Of a stretch of DNA of 64,000 nt, positions 31,323 through 63,598 are shown one piece after another. The stretch comes from Amoebidium appalachense (taxonomy: Eukaryota > Protista > Ichthyosporea), in contig CAVNZM010000002.1 of the NCBI GenBank assembly GCA_963693365.1, positions 11,402,328 to 11,466,327 on the forward strand, read 5' to 3'. The translations under genes were made by a program, and so were the position numbers. The number at the start of each line of letters is the position of its first letter. The stretch's first letter is position 1. The notes below the pieces were generated by a model. The model was not told the DNA's origin, made no database searches, and saw only the letters and a list, made by a program, of their open reading frames with translations.

Positions 31323-32476
31323 AGGGGGAAAGGGTTGGTCTAGAACGCGACGCAGAGTACAAAGCACACATTCAAGCCAGAAACTGTTTTCATACGCAGA
31401 GCCCATCTTCTAAGGGGGCAAACGTGCGTGTGTGTGTGTGAGGGGGGGGGGGGGGGGGGGGAAGGGGGGGGGGAAGGGGGAAGGGGAAGGGGGCTGACCT
31501 GGTCTGCGCCGTGCTTCTCCACGGTCTCGACCTTGTTCAAACCCTGCAGGGCACCGTACATACGCTCGTTCAGCCGCCAGCTGCGGATCACAGGCACCCA
31601 CATACAGTCCGTGGCCTCAAGTGCCAGCCAGGCTGTCTTGATGGCACGCTTCTGCACAGAGGTGAAGGCAAGGTCGAACTCGTAGCCCCCATCCTGCAGG
31701 TTCACAAAGAGAGATTGGTCAAGAGGATTACAGTGTGGGTTGGGTTACATGGATTAGGCTAGGCACAAAAGACGTGGCAAAACTGAAGATCAGGAAAAGA
31801 ATAGCTGCAAGCACAAAAGGTGCCTGTGTCTATGTGTAGGTATTCACACGTACAAGCCTAGTGTATGACAAAGGGGTGGTGTGTGCGTATGGTTGTGTGT
31901 CCTAAAAGCACCTGTGAGTGTATGCTGGTGCACAACAGTGTGCAACAAGCACTTGTGTGCCTGTGCTGCAAACGATGGTGGTTCGAGCCAGAATGCAACA
32001 GCTGGTTCAAGCAAACGACTACATTTATAGATAAACACATACATATGATAGTTGTTACAACAAACAACCATATAAAACAATCATACCTTCAGGAGCTCTC
32101 CGGCCTGCTGGGCCTCCTTGATGCCCTTCTCGGACAGAGGCACGTCCACCCACCCAGTGAACCGGTTCTCAACATTCCACTGGCTCTCGCCTGTTGGCAA
32201 AAGAGCGAGAAAGGGGGAGAGAAAGAATGTCAATTAGGGACATCATAGCGTCAGCTACGACACAAGATGCAAGAGGAGCATCTAAACGGGTTCGAAACCA
32301 CAAGAAAATAATACAACAAAAAACTTTAGAACATAAAACATAGCAAACCGTTGTAGTTCAAGTTGCCCACAACAGTCGATCCAAGAGTTTCAGAAACCTA
32401 GCAATTAGAAACATGGCACACGGCATAAACAAGAGAAGATCCTACCGTGGCGCATAAGCACTAGCGTATAGACCAT
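25941..32476 (-). CDS. gpmA: 2,3-bisphosphoglycerate-dependent phosphoglycerate mutase (dPGM), ~264 aa, 7 exons
   Basis: Exons 32476-32446 ([11 protein letters not shown]), 32190-32087 ([19 protein letters not shown]), 31693-31499 ([16 protein letters not shown]), 30870-30724 ([11 protein letters not shown]...ECLKDT), 28068-27918 ([15 protein letters not shown]...LNIPTG), 26823-26676 (VPLVYELD...VANQTGAK) and a probable last exon 25959-25941 (KAKLDN*). AATAAA near 25804-25809. The last exon is less certain. Confidence 0.95.
29242..29900 (-). mobile_element. Longest copy of a dispersed retroposon-like element (probable non-LTR 3' end) terminating in poly(C)
   Basis: 29242-29611 is identical to 58095-58466 except for homopolymer lengths. 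The unique extension to ~29900 holds a 56-codon stop-terminated frame (LLATAPLEP...FEDDKVPP*) on the element strand. Several hairpins lie in the putative 3' UTR. Confidence 0.75.
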
Positions 32477-32882
32477 TCTCTTGGCTTGGTGCAAAGACGA
32501 AAAGCGCGTGGAGAGAATTTTCCCTTGTGTGTGGACGGTTTAGGCTGTGTGACTGTGTGCATGCGGCATGCCGTGCCGGTGTGGCAAAAAAATGCGGCAA
32601 CGTTGGAGACTGGAATATGCAATACACGACTTATCACCAATCAAAACATTATACAATCATACATAGTGGCAAGTTGAAGTTTCTGATCTCAAGTCGCAAG
32701 TGGACCAGTCAAAGCAGGTTCGCAAGGAATATGTATATATATATAGGCTATAAATTAAAACATACGCTTGGAAATTGCATAAGCAGATGCGACTTGAGCC
32801 AACATACTTATGAACATAGCGTATGTTCTGTTTGTACAGGTTGAACACAGGTCAGCCAAAAACATACCTGTTTGTACCACTC

Positions 32883-33598
32883 CATTAGACACCTCCTTCC
32901 GGTCCAGTCCGGTCCGGTCCGACCCTCTTGAACCGTGGTTTGGTCCCGTTCGATCTGAACAGTACGGATTGCGCAATCACGTGGCCATGCCAGTCATGAT
33001 ATTCGGTATTTGATGCGAAAAACACGTGAACATGTCGAAAATTGCTAAAATTAGTAAACTGCCTTGGATGGCAACATGAGCTTGTGTGTGTATGTTGTGT
33101 ATGCGTGCGTTAACGCTGTGTGTGTGTATGTACTGATGTGTGCGCGCAGGACACAACGAGTCACACATGTAGGCGTATATTTGTATATCCTCAACCATAT
33201 TGCCAAATATGGCACTCGCAAGTGTATAACACCTAAATACATATTACCTTCCTGTAGAACTGGTCTTTCTCTAGCTGATGGTATTATTGATCAATTACCA
33301 CGCTTTTACTGTACACGTGCTATACAGTGGAGATCTAATAAGTATAAGGTGGCATCATTTGCATGCCCAAACAACACACACACACACCAGTTTAACCGGT
33401 CATGTATCGCCAAATGTAGTTTGATAGACCACATAATACCGCAACACACACACGTCACATTCACAACAGACACCCAGAAAGATAGCCTACCTGTAAATTA
33501 CAACATCCTTGATTTTATACTAAACACGCGTAACTACGACCTGTTTATTAGATGTATTGATTGGCTTGAGAAACACATCACTACAAAATTATAGCGCA

Positions 33599-33667
<69 letters not shown>

Positions 33668-33699
33668 CCAGCTGATACCGAGTGTCCCGAGGGGAGCCC

Positions 33700-33740
<41 letters not shown>

Positions 33741-34356
33741 GGGGAACCCCAACTAATTGATTTCTCCTTGTAGTCTTTATGGTGTCTCGTAGAGAAAGTA
33801 AACCCTGATATATAGTCACCACCCGACATCTATGTACGTGATCATGATATACCGCTGAGGGGATATTCCGAGCAAAACCCCCCCCCCATACCTGAGACTG
33901 GTTCTCTTTGCCTCGAGTAAACAGCGTAAACCCCAATTTGTATATGTGTTATAAATGCAAGCAATTGTCCTTTGCATATCTAAAATCTTTCGAAAATATG
34001 GGTGATATATTCTTTAGTTATGTCCATTGTCTTTGAGTGTTTGTGCAAATAATGCGCGATAGCATGGGGCAGGTATCATAACATATGGTCACGCCGACGA
34101 AGCTTGCTTTGCACTTGCACCCTATATCGTGTCAACCTCTAATATAGTTTTACCACACAAGACCATCGACAGACGGCCAAAGCCACTTCAGACATGAAAG
34201 AGATACACAAACATGTATATATATCCGAAGGCTGGGTCGGGACCACGGCCATCTAGAAACACCCGTGGTCGGGACCGGTCCGACAGGGGCCGTGACGGTT
34301 CAATCCGGTCTGGCCTCTCGGACTGCGGTCTGACGGACCGGACCGGACCGCTAATG
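32883..34356. mobile_element. Probable degenerate non-autonomous DNA transposon (inverted ends with GGTCC/GGACC subterminal repeats)
   Basis: Left end CATTAG...CGGTCCAGTCCGGTCCGGTCC...TTGAACCGT...GGTCCC. The reverse complement of the right end reads CATTAGCGGTCCGGTCCGGTCC...TTGAACCGT...GGTCCC. No TSD found. Confidence 0.45.
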
Positions 34357-34763
34357 CATTGTTGTATACTGGAACATGATTGGTAGAAATCCGGCTTCAA
34401 AATACATCTTTATTGCCAGCCCAAAAAAGGTAGTATTGAATACTACCAAACATGGGCAGTGGAAATATGAGGGACCGTTTATCGGTTGTTGTGGGCGTGG
34501 CACACCATGGCTGCATCAAAAAGAATGAACGGATATTGTAAATAGATACCTAATATAATACTTCTCTTGGATTCAACTTTCCTGTTCATATGACATGAAA
34601 TCAAGAAGAAATACATGTGTACTGTACAATAATCCACCCGAGATCTGCAGCAGCAAAATGCTTTGTCCTTCTGTTCATTGGTTGCATAAAAAAATGCCAA
34701 CAGTCTGATTGGACAAAAGCATCAAAACCGATCCGCCGACCATGTGCCACCGGCACATACATT

Positions 34764-35131
34764 GAGCCGCTTCGCGTTAATCTAAATATCTAAACATCTA
34801 GATTGTTAAGTTTACGTATAAAGCCTCCGCAATCTGATCAATCTGTTAAATGTTTAAAGTTTGCATAAAATAGATCGATTTCAAGCCCAGTTGGGCGCAA
34901 CTGGAAGGGGGGGGTCTTCCAGATGTCTAGGATGAGACGATTGGTCTTTGGAACTCGCCTAAATATCTCTTATTCAATAGAATTGCGATCTACGATCTAG
35001 ATAAGGCACCAGATAATTCAGTTTCTAAACTGCTCTACGCGAATCGAGCAGACTTTTAGATATTTAGAGAACGGCATTGGTTCTCTAAATTCGCCGAGTA
35101 TTTAGATATTTAGATCAACGCGAAGCGACTC
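34764..35131. mobile_element. MITE, 368 bp, ~31-bp TIRs, 3-bp ATT target duplication (PIF/Harbinger-related type)
   Basis: The left TIR GAGCCGCTTCGCGTTAATCTAAATATCTAAA matches the reverse complement of the right end, GAGTCGCTTCGCGTTGATCTAAATATCTAAA, with 2 mismatches. ATT flanks both sides. CTAAATATCT motifs recur internally. Confidence 0.88.
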
Positions 35132-35368
35132 ATTTTGTAGCCGGTAACGGTTGCCCACATGGACAGCAGCGTGCCTGCGTGTTTACATCTGTAAGCCTTG
35201 TACTCCTCGTAGTATTCTTCCTATGTGTGTGTATTTATGTGTGTGAACTTAGGCTGGGCGCTCCCTCGTGAGTGTTTTCTGCCATCCTGGTAAGATTTTG
35301 TGAAGCCTGAGTCAGTCAGTCAGACCCAGCGCTGGACTCGCGGGTGGAGTTCGGCACTCGGCGGCAGG

Positions 35369-35767
35369 CAGGGGTTGTGGGGTTTTGACTGCTCTACCCG
35401 TTTTACATTGACACGTATTCGTTTTGTCGAAATTTGTAAATCGTATTAGCGGGGTTCGTTCGATTTACGACTCGTATAGACCCCCTATGTTATTAAAAAT
35501 TGACGACTCATTTCAGTTCATTCTACACTCCCACACGCTCTGAGAGACAAAACAGGGCTTCATATTCCGCTCCGGAGTGCCAAAATAATGACCTGACCAC
35601 CTTTTACCTTTGAAAACACCCATTTTTGTATAAAAAACACCAAAATACACTATCGTGCCCTACTTCACTGCTACGAAAAACCAATACAGCACCTCACAGC
35701 GTTACTCGTTTTGACCCCCTGGGCTTAATCGTGAATACGACGATTTTGGGTTGTAATTCAACCCCTG
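35369..35767. mobile_element. hAT-type MITE, 399 bp
   Basis: Termini CAGGGGTTG...CAACCCCTG. The 8-bp flanks GCGGCAGG (35361-35368) and GCGGCTGG (35768-35775) form a TSD with 1 mismatch. CAG termini plus an 8-bp TSD are hAT hallmarks. Confidence 0.8.
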
Positions 35768-36378
35768 GCGGCTGGGCTGGGCTGGCGCTGCGCAGGCCAC
35801 AATGACGGGAAAAAATGGCGGGATAATTCACCAATCACTGACCAATTGTTCACAGAGTCTCCAAAGCGGACTCCTTTCAGCCTTTCAGTGGGGCCACCGC
35901 GCCGGGCAAGCCTGAAGGTTCAGCCAGGCAGAGCGTGAAAAGGGCGACGCGTACGGCCGTCCACGCTACGACTGTATCGTTTTTGTATTCCATAGTTCCA
36001 TAGTTAGAGGGAAGGGAGAAGAAAAACGAGAGAGGAAGAGCGTTTGTTTGGCTTATACACGCCCCATATCCGGCTCTACTCCAAATTCACTCTGCGCACA
36101 TCTCGCACACACCAGCGCTTTGGCTGTCACTACACCAGCGCATTGGCTGTCACTAATGGGTTTGCGTTGTCATAGAACCCTGGAAACTCGCGCCGTTAAC
36201 ACACTCCATTATACCTGGTTAGTGTTTTATCTGTCTCCTAGCATGGTTACCCGAGCACCGGTTTGCCAACTCTCCCACATCTGCTGCTGACTGTTAGCGT
36301 GTATTTTTATCCAAGTCAACACACACCCGTAGCACATGTTTTAGCGATTATATACCGCACCAACCTCAACCTTGCACT

Positions 36379-54883
<18,505 letters not shown>

Positions 54884-56205
54884 CGTTTTTTTTTGTTTTT
54901 GTTTTTTTTGTTTTTTTTTTGCCCCAAGGCTGTTGTTGTATTACACCGAATTTATTGGGCAAACGTGCACATATGAACGAGAAACTCATAGGATGATGTT
55001 TGCATGTGGTGGTATGATCTTGGTTGGTGGTGGGTGGTGGGTGGGTGCCGGCGGGGTTTATTGAAACCTGCCAACTTTTAATTTCGTGATGGTACGAATG
55101 AATAACTACCTGTATCCCTAGTCGTAGGCAAAGGCAAGAAGCCAAAAGATTGTCTGGTTCAAAAAGAACTAGAAACATGTACATATTCCCGTCAGTAGTA
55201 ATAGTGGGTCTCTGATCCATAACTAAATAATCAATTAGAAGCATGGGCTTTCAAGACCATGGACATGCAACCGCTTGTATACATTCGAGCATTGAAAGGC
55301 GGCATCCAGCTACGTAGAACGGCAACACTCAAATTAAGATATACAAGCTAATATATCTAACAACTATCTGGCCAATAAATCGACATTTTGCATGAGGGTG
55401 TCAGTGCCTGGAAAGGCAAAGACTAACTAGTCCGGCTTGCCATCACTTCTGCTGGGCACAGCTTGTGTTGGGATGATGAGTGTGCATGCAGACATCTGTG
55501 TGCTTGTGCATGCTTTTGTGTAATGTGTGTCACTACCTGTGTGTGTGGTGCATTATGTGCAAGATTGGTGGCGTCTGTGGTTTTCGTAACGTGTGTATGT
55601 GCCTGTGTTACGTGCTTGTGTGCATGCGTGCATGCCTGTGCGTATGTGTGTGTGTGTGTGTGTGTGTAGGCATGTGTAATCTCATTGTGCCTGTGTGCTT
55701 CTGCAGCTGCATGTGCATGTGATGATGTGTGTATCCAGGTAGGTAGTGGGTTTTCCCATACGCGTCACGAATCGCATGGCTACTATTCCACATCAGCTTC
55801 GTGTTTGAATTCATGGGCACAGTTCAATTGATTTATCAGGCCGGTGACATCTGGCACAGCTATTTTATCCAGCACGTCCATATACTTTTGTTACTCTCTT
55901 CTACTGCTGTTACTCTTTTAGCGGTTATGAGCTTGTTGCCAATGTTAGCTTGTATTACTAATGTGTCGCTAATGTTAGTCTGTGTTGTTAATGTTAGTCT
56001 GTGTCGTGAATGTGTGTACTCTAATTCTAGGGACCCAGTACTCAGGGTATTACCTTAGGATCGATTCTCTAGGATGGTCATACTAAAGGTAACTCTTCTT
56101 GTATCTACTCCTATTACTCTATTTGTACCTCCATCTCTGAGTTCTTCTGTTACTCTATTTGTTTTAATGATACCATATATGGCAATTTTTATTGCTGGTA
56201 TGCAG

Positions 56206-56568
56206 TCAACAGGTGATAGGTTCTCCAACACCCAACCACTCTGCCTGGGCTATTGTGTCTATTTTTAGATCTTTGGTGAGGGCAGCCTCCAGGGCTGCAC
56301 AGACGGAATCGACCAATGGGGAGGACGATGTGACGTCGTCACAATCGTCCATCATTGGCTGGATGGTGTCGGTGAACACACCTGCGTCGGAGAGATGGGG
56401 CGGGGGGGGGGGGGGGGGGGGGGGGGGAATGGGGAGGGGAGCCGGAAACGGAGGGAGGGGGTAGGTGAAAGAGACATGTGGGAGTGCCGGGGAACGGAGT
56501 TAGGGTGCATGTGTGCGCAAAGGTATATGTGTGTGTGCGTGTGTATGTATGTGTGGTTGGGGGGAGGG

Positions 56569-56600
<32 letters not shown>

Positions 56601-57476
56601 ATGTATGCATCAGAGGGTCGCAACCATAGAAGCATTTACATTGAAAGCTCACAAAGATAAGACACAAAATCGAGATAAACCACTGGGCATAGTGAAAAGA
56701 AGGGGGGTGGGGGGGTTGGGGGGTGGGGGGGGGGGGGGGGGGGGGGGGGGTTGGAGTCCGATGCATCAACACCTCAGATTACTCTGTTGAACTATTGCGT
56801 GGGAAGTACTCATTCTGATACCCGTTTGGTGGGGTCACATGTTAGGCGAGTATTGGAATAAGAAGGGGAAACATGTGGATGGATGTGGGTGGAGGAAGCG
56901 TGGGGAAAGGGAAGGGGGTGGGACCGGCAAACATTACCGGGAGAGGGGCAGTGTGTGAGGGTCACGCAGGAAAAAACAAGGAGAGACGGAGGAGGGGGGA
57001 GGAGGGGGGAGGAGGGGGGGCGGGAGGGGGGCAAGGGGGGGCTTGCAACGTACGATGTGTGTTTGGGCAGCATTTTGAAGCCAGAGTGTCGGTCATTTGC
57101 TGTGCCCCGGTGGGGTCTACCCTCACATCCCAATGAAAGAACCCCCCTCCCTCACGCAGCATTTTCACAACACCCTCACGCTGTATGACCACAGGGTGCA
57201 GAATGAATGAAACGGCATTGGGGGGGGTCTGTGGAAAATGGTGTGAGTGGGGAGAACCACATGTGGCAGGAGAAAACGGGTGTGTGGTGCTGGGTGCGTG
57301 GGTGGGTGGGTGGGGAAGTGTGTATGTGTGTGTGTATGTGTGTGTGTGTGTGTGTGTGCGTGGGTGGGTGAGGGATTGTGTGCACGTGTGTGTGTGTGTT
57401 GGTGGGTGGGTCTGTTAGATGGGTGGGTGGGTGGGTGGGTGGTGGTGGTGGTGGTGGTGTGTGTGGGTGGGTGGGT

Positions 57477-57510
<34 letters not shown>

Positions 57511-57598
57511 GCACAAGGATGTAACTGTGGTGGGTGCAAGAAGAAGAAAAGAGTGGAGATGGGGGAGAGGGAAAGCAATAGAGCCCGGCGCCAGGGCT

Positions 57599-57632
<34 letters not shown>

Positions 57633-57662
57633 GGTGGTGGTGAGGGTGGTGGGTAGGGGGTG

Positions 57663-57694
<32 letters not shown>

Positions 57695-59161
57695 TATTCC
57701 ATACCATTCTTAGTAAACTCATTTTGGCCGTCGATAAGTGCTTCCAAGACCTGCAGAGGCAGAATTTAACTTGTTGGGAGATAATAAACACATCTGCTCT
57801 AATACAAGAGAAAGAAAGGGGCAGGGAACGGCAACGGGGGAGGAAAACGTTCCTTCCTCTAAAACACACACATAGAGGTCCATATAGATTACACCATCCC
57901 ATGTTTGACGTCTGATGGCCAGCCAACTCCAACCAACAACCCCCCCCCCCCCCAACACACACACACACACGCACACACGACCACCACCAAAAGGGCAAAC
58001 AAACAGGACCATCTTCCAAGCTCCTTCACCAGAATTACAGTGTGTGAGAAGATGTAGGGTGAGGGAGACGCGCAAGGGGGGGGGGGGGGGGGGGTTTTGA
58101 ATGCGTCAAAAAGTACGAAGTACACAAGAACAAACGGATAACACGATGCAGAATGCAAGCCATACATAAAGAGTATGCATAATAAGCAGAGCCCATCCTC
58201 AGGGGGGGCCCACGTCATCCACAGTACCCGAGTTTCGACCTATTCCCCTCGTTAACGAAACCCAACTCAGATACTGTTTCACTTGAACATGAGTAGGTCA
58301 CCCGTCTTGATCAGAGACGAGCAGGGTTGCTTATGCAGGCAAGGGCAGTGGGAAAGGCCGGGGGTTAAAGTTGCAGCAGTAAGCAGAAGCAAGAAAAATA
58401 TAGATAGGAACTCAGGAGACGGGGCTTCTAGGAAGCTCCCCCGTCGATACCTAAGTCGATACTTCCGGAGAGGAAGGGGCGGGGGGGGGGGGGGGGGAGG
58501 GGGGGTTCGGTCCGAAAGCCAAGAAGGGTCATAAATGAAACATTTTGACACCCTGGAGTTGATCAAACAAACCCTCTCATTGGGTAGCAGAAAGAAATCT
58601 GCTGCAACAAAAAGAGCCCGGGGGGGGGGGGGGGGGGGGGTTACCTGGTGTGATTGCTCCGAGAGAGCATCCTGCACAAGGGGATGCATTCTGATTGGCT
58701 CACACGTAGCCAATCGGTGCAGGCAGAGATTGATTAAATCGGTAGCCGCACCTGCCTGAGCCCAATGAATGATCTGCACCCAATCGGATGCAAGTATGGC
58801 TATGTTGTTGATGCCTGGCCGCAGTGCAAAGAGCCTGTTTACCGAGAGAGAGAGAGAACGGTCAGGGTTTGCTTGACACTTTGCTGGCAGTTTTCGCTCC
58901 TTTTCTCTCATTTCACATCTTTCTGGCTTGTGCCTCACCAAAAAAAACAATATTGCTATTTATAGGCAAAACCAACCCTAGCGTCTTCCCGGTGCCGATG
59001 GTTGGGCCAATCAATGACATTGGTTCACACCGATATCCATATCATGATATTGTTATGGATATCATTTGAACGTCCATGATATGATATGATATGATATGAT
59101 ATGATAATAACATTGTCACATCGACCTCCTGTATACACCCACACAGGTCTTGGAACAAACC

Positions 59162-59219
<58 letters not shown>

Positions 59220-59486
59220 GTACGCGCGTGCGTGCATGCATGCGTGTGCGCGCATGCATGCGTGTGCGCGTGCGTGCGTGCGTGCATGTGTGTGTGTACA
59301 CGCGCACGAGGCACGCGTATTTGCGTCCGTGTGCATGTGTGCCTGGAGTGTGTGTGTTCGTGTGTGTGTGGCCAAGATGAGTCGGGCCAGAGGGCGGAAA
59401 GCATGTCCCTTGGGTGTTGGATGGACGTGTCAAGGTAATTTTTGCTTTTTCTTCTTTCTTTCTTTCTTTCTTTCTTTTTTTTTTTT

Positions 59487-59517
<31 letters not shown>

Positions 59518-60603
59518 GGGGGCTCTTACCTCTCAGCCAACACCGATTCACATTGTGCCTTCAGTCCAGGCAACATCCACTCATCAGCCAATGAGAGCAG
59601 TGGGCCAGCCTCGGCCCATTCTAAATTTGAAACACTGTCGCTATAAATATACTCAAGTATACGCTGAAGCTGCGAGTGTGTGATCTTTTCAAGCGCTAAT
59701 CGAATCATGTTTCGGTTGGCCGTTGGTTCAGGTTGAAAATCTAACTTGGGCTTCTTGGGAGCAGGTGCTAATGTGTCGCTTTCCCTCTCCTCTGAAACTA
59801 ATTGGATATCATCTTTGAAATTTGACTTGCTAGGAATTAAAGTTTCTGTCCCAGCAGTTGTAGGCATGCTCATGGCTTTTGCCCTACTTGCATGCCTAAC
59901 CATAGCAGACAAGTACGGGCACCTCTTGCACACTATTGCTGTGTGGGCGCAAATATTAATTCCTTCGACTGAGAATTCAAGATCTGCCCACTCTGGGTCG
60001 TTTCTCATCGATCCGATGTCCTCCTCGAGTGATGGAAATGCCTCCTTGGTTGGGTGCAGTGCTTGTGGATGATCCTGCGCCAATCAAATCAGGCCATCAG
60101 ATCACAATATCCGTGGTCTGCCCCCCTCCACCCCCTCCCCCCTCCCCCCTACTCCCCTCCCCCTCCCCCCCCCCCCCCCTCCCCCCCCGGCCCTCCCCCC
60201 TGCCACCCAAAAACACACACACACCACCTGACACCTCCACCCCCCAACCCAACACAACAGCACCTCCAGGCACGAATCTGCAAAACGAAGCACACACGGG
60301 AATGGACACCACATGCACACACAGACAGGTGGGAGCCGGCATGTACATATTCTTGCATGCACAAAGAGCCTGGTACAACCGCCTGCTAGGGAAGGTGGGG
60401 AGGGGGGGGGGGGGAGGGGGGGAGCGCCATGCAATGAAAGGACAAGAATGAGTTAGAAGAGGGAAAGGCGGAGCAAATAACGGTGGGAGGTGGGGTGGGA
60501 TCAGGCCACAGACGGATGGACAGGGGTTGGTGTCTGTGTTTTTTCCCTTTTAAATTTTCATTTTCTTTTCTTTTGTCTTTTCTTTTCCTTTTTTTTTTTT
60601 TTT

Positions 60604-60671
<68 letters not shown>

Positions 60672-60866
60672 TAAGGGGGTGTGTGTACCTTTAGTCTGTA
60701 CGGCAAATTCGGCCTCAGCTCTATGTGCATGTCCCCCTCGTAAATTTCAACTCCCAGGGGGGGCTCATAGCCAAGGTCGTCCAACCGGGCAAGGAGTGCC
60801 TTGCGGTTGGGGGCGGTGGTGAGGGTGGCCGATAGGTTGGCCCACGTGCATAGATATAGTACCATC
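56206..60866 (-). CDS. BTB/POZ (+BACK-like) domain protein, C-terminal portion; upstream exons unresolved
   Basis: Exon 60074-59530 encodes a BTB domain ([44 protein letters not shown]...[11 protein letters not shown]...[18 protein letters not shown]). Also 60866-60689, ~58814-58645 ([24 protein letters not shown]), 57749-57704 and 56381-56206 (stop). One phase mismatch at the 59530/58814 junction. Probable further exons near 62093-62157 and 62990-63081. Confidence 0.75.
58095..58466 (-). mobile_element. 372-bp copy of the poly(C)-ended dispersed element
   Basis: Essentially identical to 29242-29611; G-rich runs on both sides; lies inside an intron of the BTB gene. Confidence 0.85.
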
Positions 60867-60887
60867 CTGGATGGAGGGTGTTATTCT

Positions 60888-60926
<39 letters not shown>

Positions 60927-60947
60927 GGGGAGGGGGGAGGGGGGAGG

Positions 60948-61002
<55 letters not shown>

Positions 61003-61586
61003 TGAGTTAACGAGGTCGGGGATGGGGGGCATTTTATCACCTGAGTTAAAGTGATCGGGATCAAGACGGCTTTTCAGACGGTGGGCGGGTGGCTGGGTGG
61101 GTAGGGGGAGGGGGGGGAGAGGGGGGGGGGGGTTCTACTTTGTAGATCTTGCTTCTTAACGTGGCATCGGACGTGGTGGACGAACTTTTTTGGTGGAAAA
61201 GGTGGTGGTAACGGAAGCAGAGTTGGTGATGGTGGTGGTGGGTGTGGTGGTGGGGAGGGGGGAGGGGGGAGGGGGGGGGGGAGGGGGGTGGAATAAGTGA
61301 ATGTGTGTGTAAAATAGTTTGCGCTGTTTGAAGATGTGTGTATGTGTGTGTGTTCATGCATCTATGGGGAGGCTGCATGCAAGTGCAGGCGACTGAATGC
61401 GTGCGCGCACACGTGCACGCGCGCGTGCGTGCATACCATGTATGTGTGGGTTGGTGTGTGGATACGGGAGACGAATAAAATGTGCTGTGGCCTGCTGGCG
61501 GGCTGATCAGGCATTGCTATATATATCACACAGATGGTGTGGCGGTGCGCAAACTGGGACCAACCAGAAGAAATGAATCGATGGTG

Positions 61587-61679
<93 letters not shown>

Positions 61680-63315
61680 TGCATGTGTGTATGTGTATGC
61701 TTGTGTGTATTTTTGAGTGGGTGAGTACAAGTCAGCGTGTGTGCAGGTGTGTGTGTGTGTGTGTGCGCACGCGCACGCACGCGCGCGTGTGTGTGTGCAC
61801 GCGCGCGCGCATGGGTGCGTGTGTGTGCGTGTGTGTGCGTGCACGTATATGTGTGTGTATGTGTGCACGGGTGTATTTTTTTAGTTATCTTTTTTATTCC
61901 GAGAACCGAAAATCAAGCAAGAGTGAGAGCTGGAGAGGGTATGGGGTAAAATAAAGAAGAAAGGACGAAGCAATGAAGGTGACGGTAGAGAGTAGAGCGC
62001 CGAAGTAAGCAGGGACGTTTTGATGGGTGTATGTGTGGTGTATAGCCCTGGGGGGAAGATGGGGGGGAGGAGAAGGGAGGCAGTGCTCGACCGACCGAGG
62101 CAAGATTCGCTTCACAAGATTGTACAACGACCAAGTGCTGCCTGCACTGAAGGTTACTGCAACGGGAATGGGGAGAAAAAAAGCCTCGTATCTTCAGCAT
62201 GTCATTCAGCCCTCGCCACTTTCTACCACATTAAACCACCCATTAACCCACCCAGCCACTCACCTTGAACCCCTGGAACTAATCAAAGGTATGAAATGCT
62301 CAGAAGTACGCCGGGCTTGCACAACATGGCATCCTTTTGTCCGTGATGTTCAACACGTTTGTGCACAGAAGTTTTCATGTGCTGGCATCTAGATCCCCTA
62401 AAACTCCTGTGCTCCAATTTGTCAAAAATATTTCGTCTAACTTAATGGGCCTGGCATACAAGCTAGAACTGCCCCATATCCTTCAAAATTTTCCAAAAAG
62501 CATTGAAGCAAAAATAAAATGATTTTTCTGTTGATACTAACTGTTTCTTAGTGATATCCAAATCATAGAACATTGACACAATGTCATTTTGTCCACAGTC
62601 CAAACTTCGAAGACTTAGTTTATGGGCCTCGAGATCTTGACATATAGAAACCCTAAAAGTAGGTGTTGGGGGATTCTTGCTGATGCGTTCCGCACCAATC
62701 ACACTGCCTTGGCAAATACACTGTCCGGCATGCACTACAAAATGGTCTCAGTTTGTTTGGGAGCTCCAAGCTTGCTGCATGACACTACCATGGCCCATGT
62801 TGGGATTCAGAGATCCCACAAGCATACATACAACATTAAGGTTGTGCGTAGGCATTTCATACAGAGTTTCATACATGTACAACTGGTCGACTCGAATGTT
62901 TTTGTCGACTCGAATGTTTTTGTCAAGGTGGATAAGTTTAAACGATCCTTGCCCATCGCAAATGTGCATGCGCATGCAGATGTACTTACCATCATGCTCA
63001 GGGATAAGCTGAGCGGCCGGCTTTCAGCAGTATTCAGAGAACAAGTCCAGATTCAGTGACGGACAACGTTCAGAGGACTGACTGGCAAAAAAGACTTATT
63101 AGCTGCTAATGGCTATGGGTATTGCATTATATTATATCGTGTTGCGTGGAGGTACTGAATTCGCATCCGGGCCAAAGCCTAGGCCTGCCAGCACCTAATC
63201 ACAGCCTTTTGTATGTACATGTATGCGTATGTGTTGTAAACAGTACACTCAACGAAAAATATTTTATTGAATAGTTTCATTATGTGTGTGTATGTGTGTG
63301 GTGGGGGGGGGGGGA

Positions 63316-63352
<37 letters not shown>

Positions 63353-63563
63353 GCCTTCGTCGAAGCCTTCCGGAGTACATACGTACAGCCACGAATTTCT
63401 CTCAATAGTACATCGTAATATATATCGAAAGTACATCGAAATAGATAACTATTATGATATTGGACAAGGAAAGACAGTCTCTGAGGATGGGGAAAAGAAA
63501 AGAAAGAATTCCAGGAGGGGAACAGGGGGAAGGGGCGGGCCGGGGAGGGGGGGGGGGGGGGGG

Positions 63564-63598
<35 letters not shown>

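Noticed and set aside
31975-32300. GGTTCGA motifs resembling tRNA T-loops
   Set aside because: No cloverleaf stems or A-box around them.
33064-33594. 176-aa ORF in the intergenic region
   Set aside because: No recognisable motifs, partly TG/CA-derived, and inside a probable non-autonomous element.
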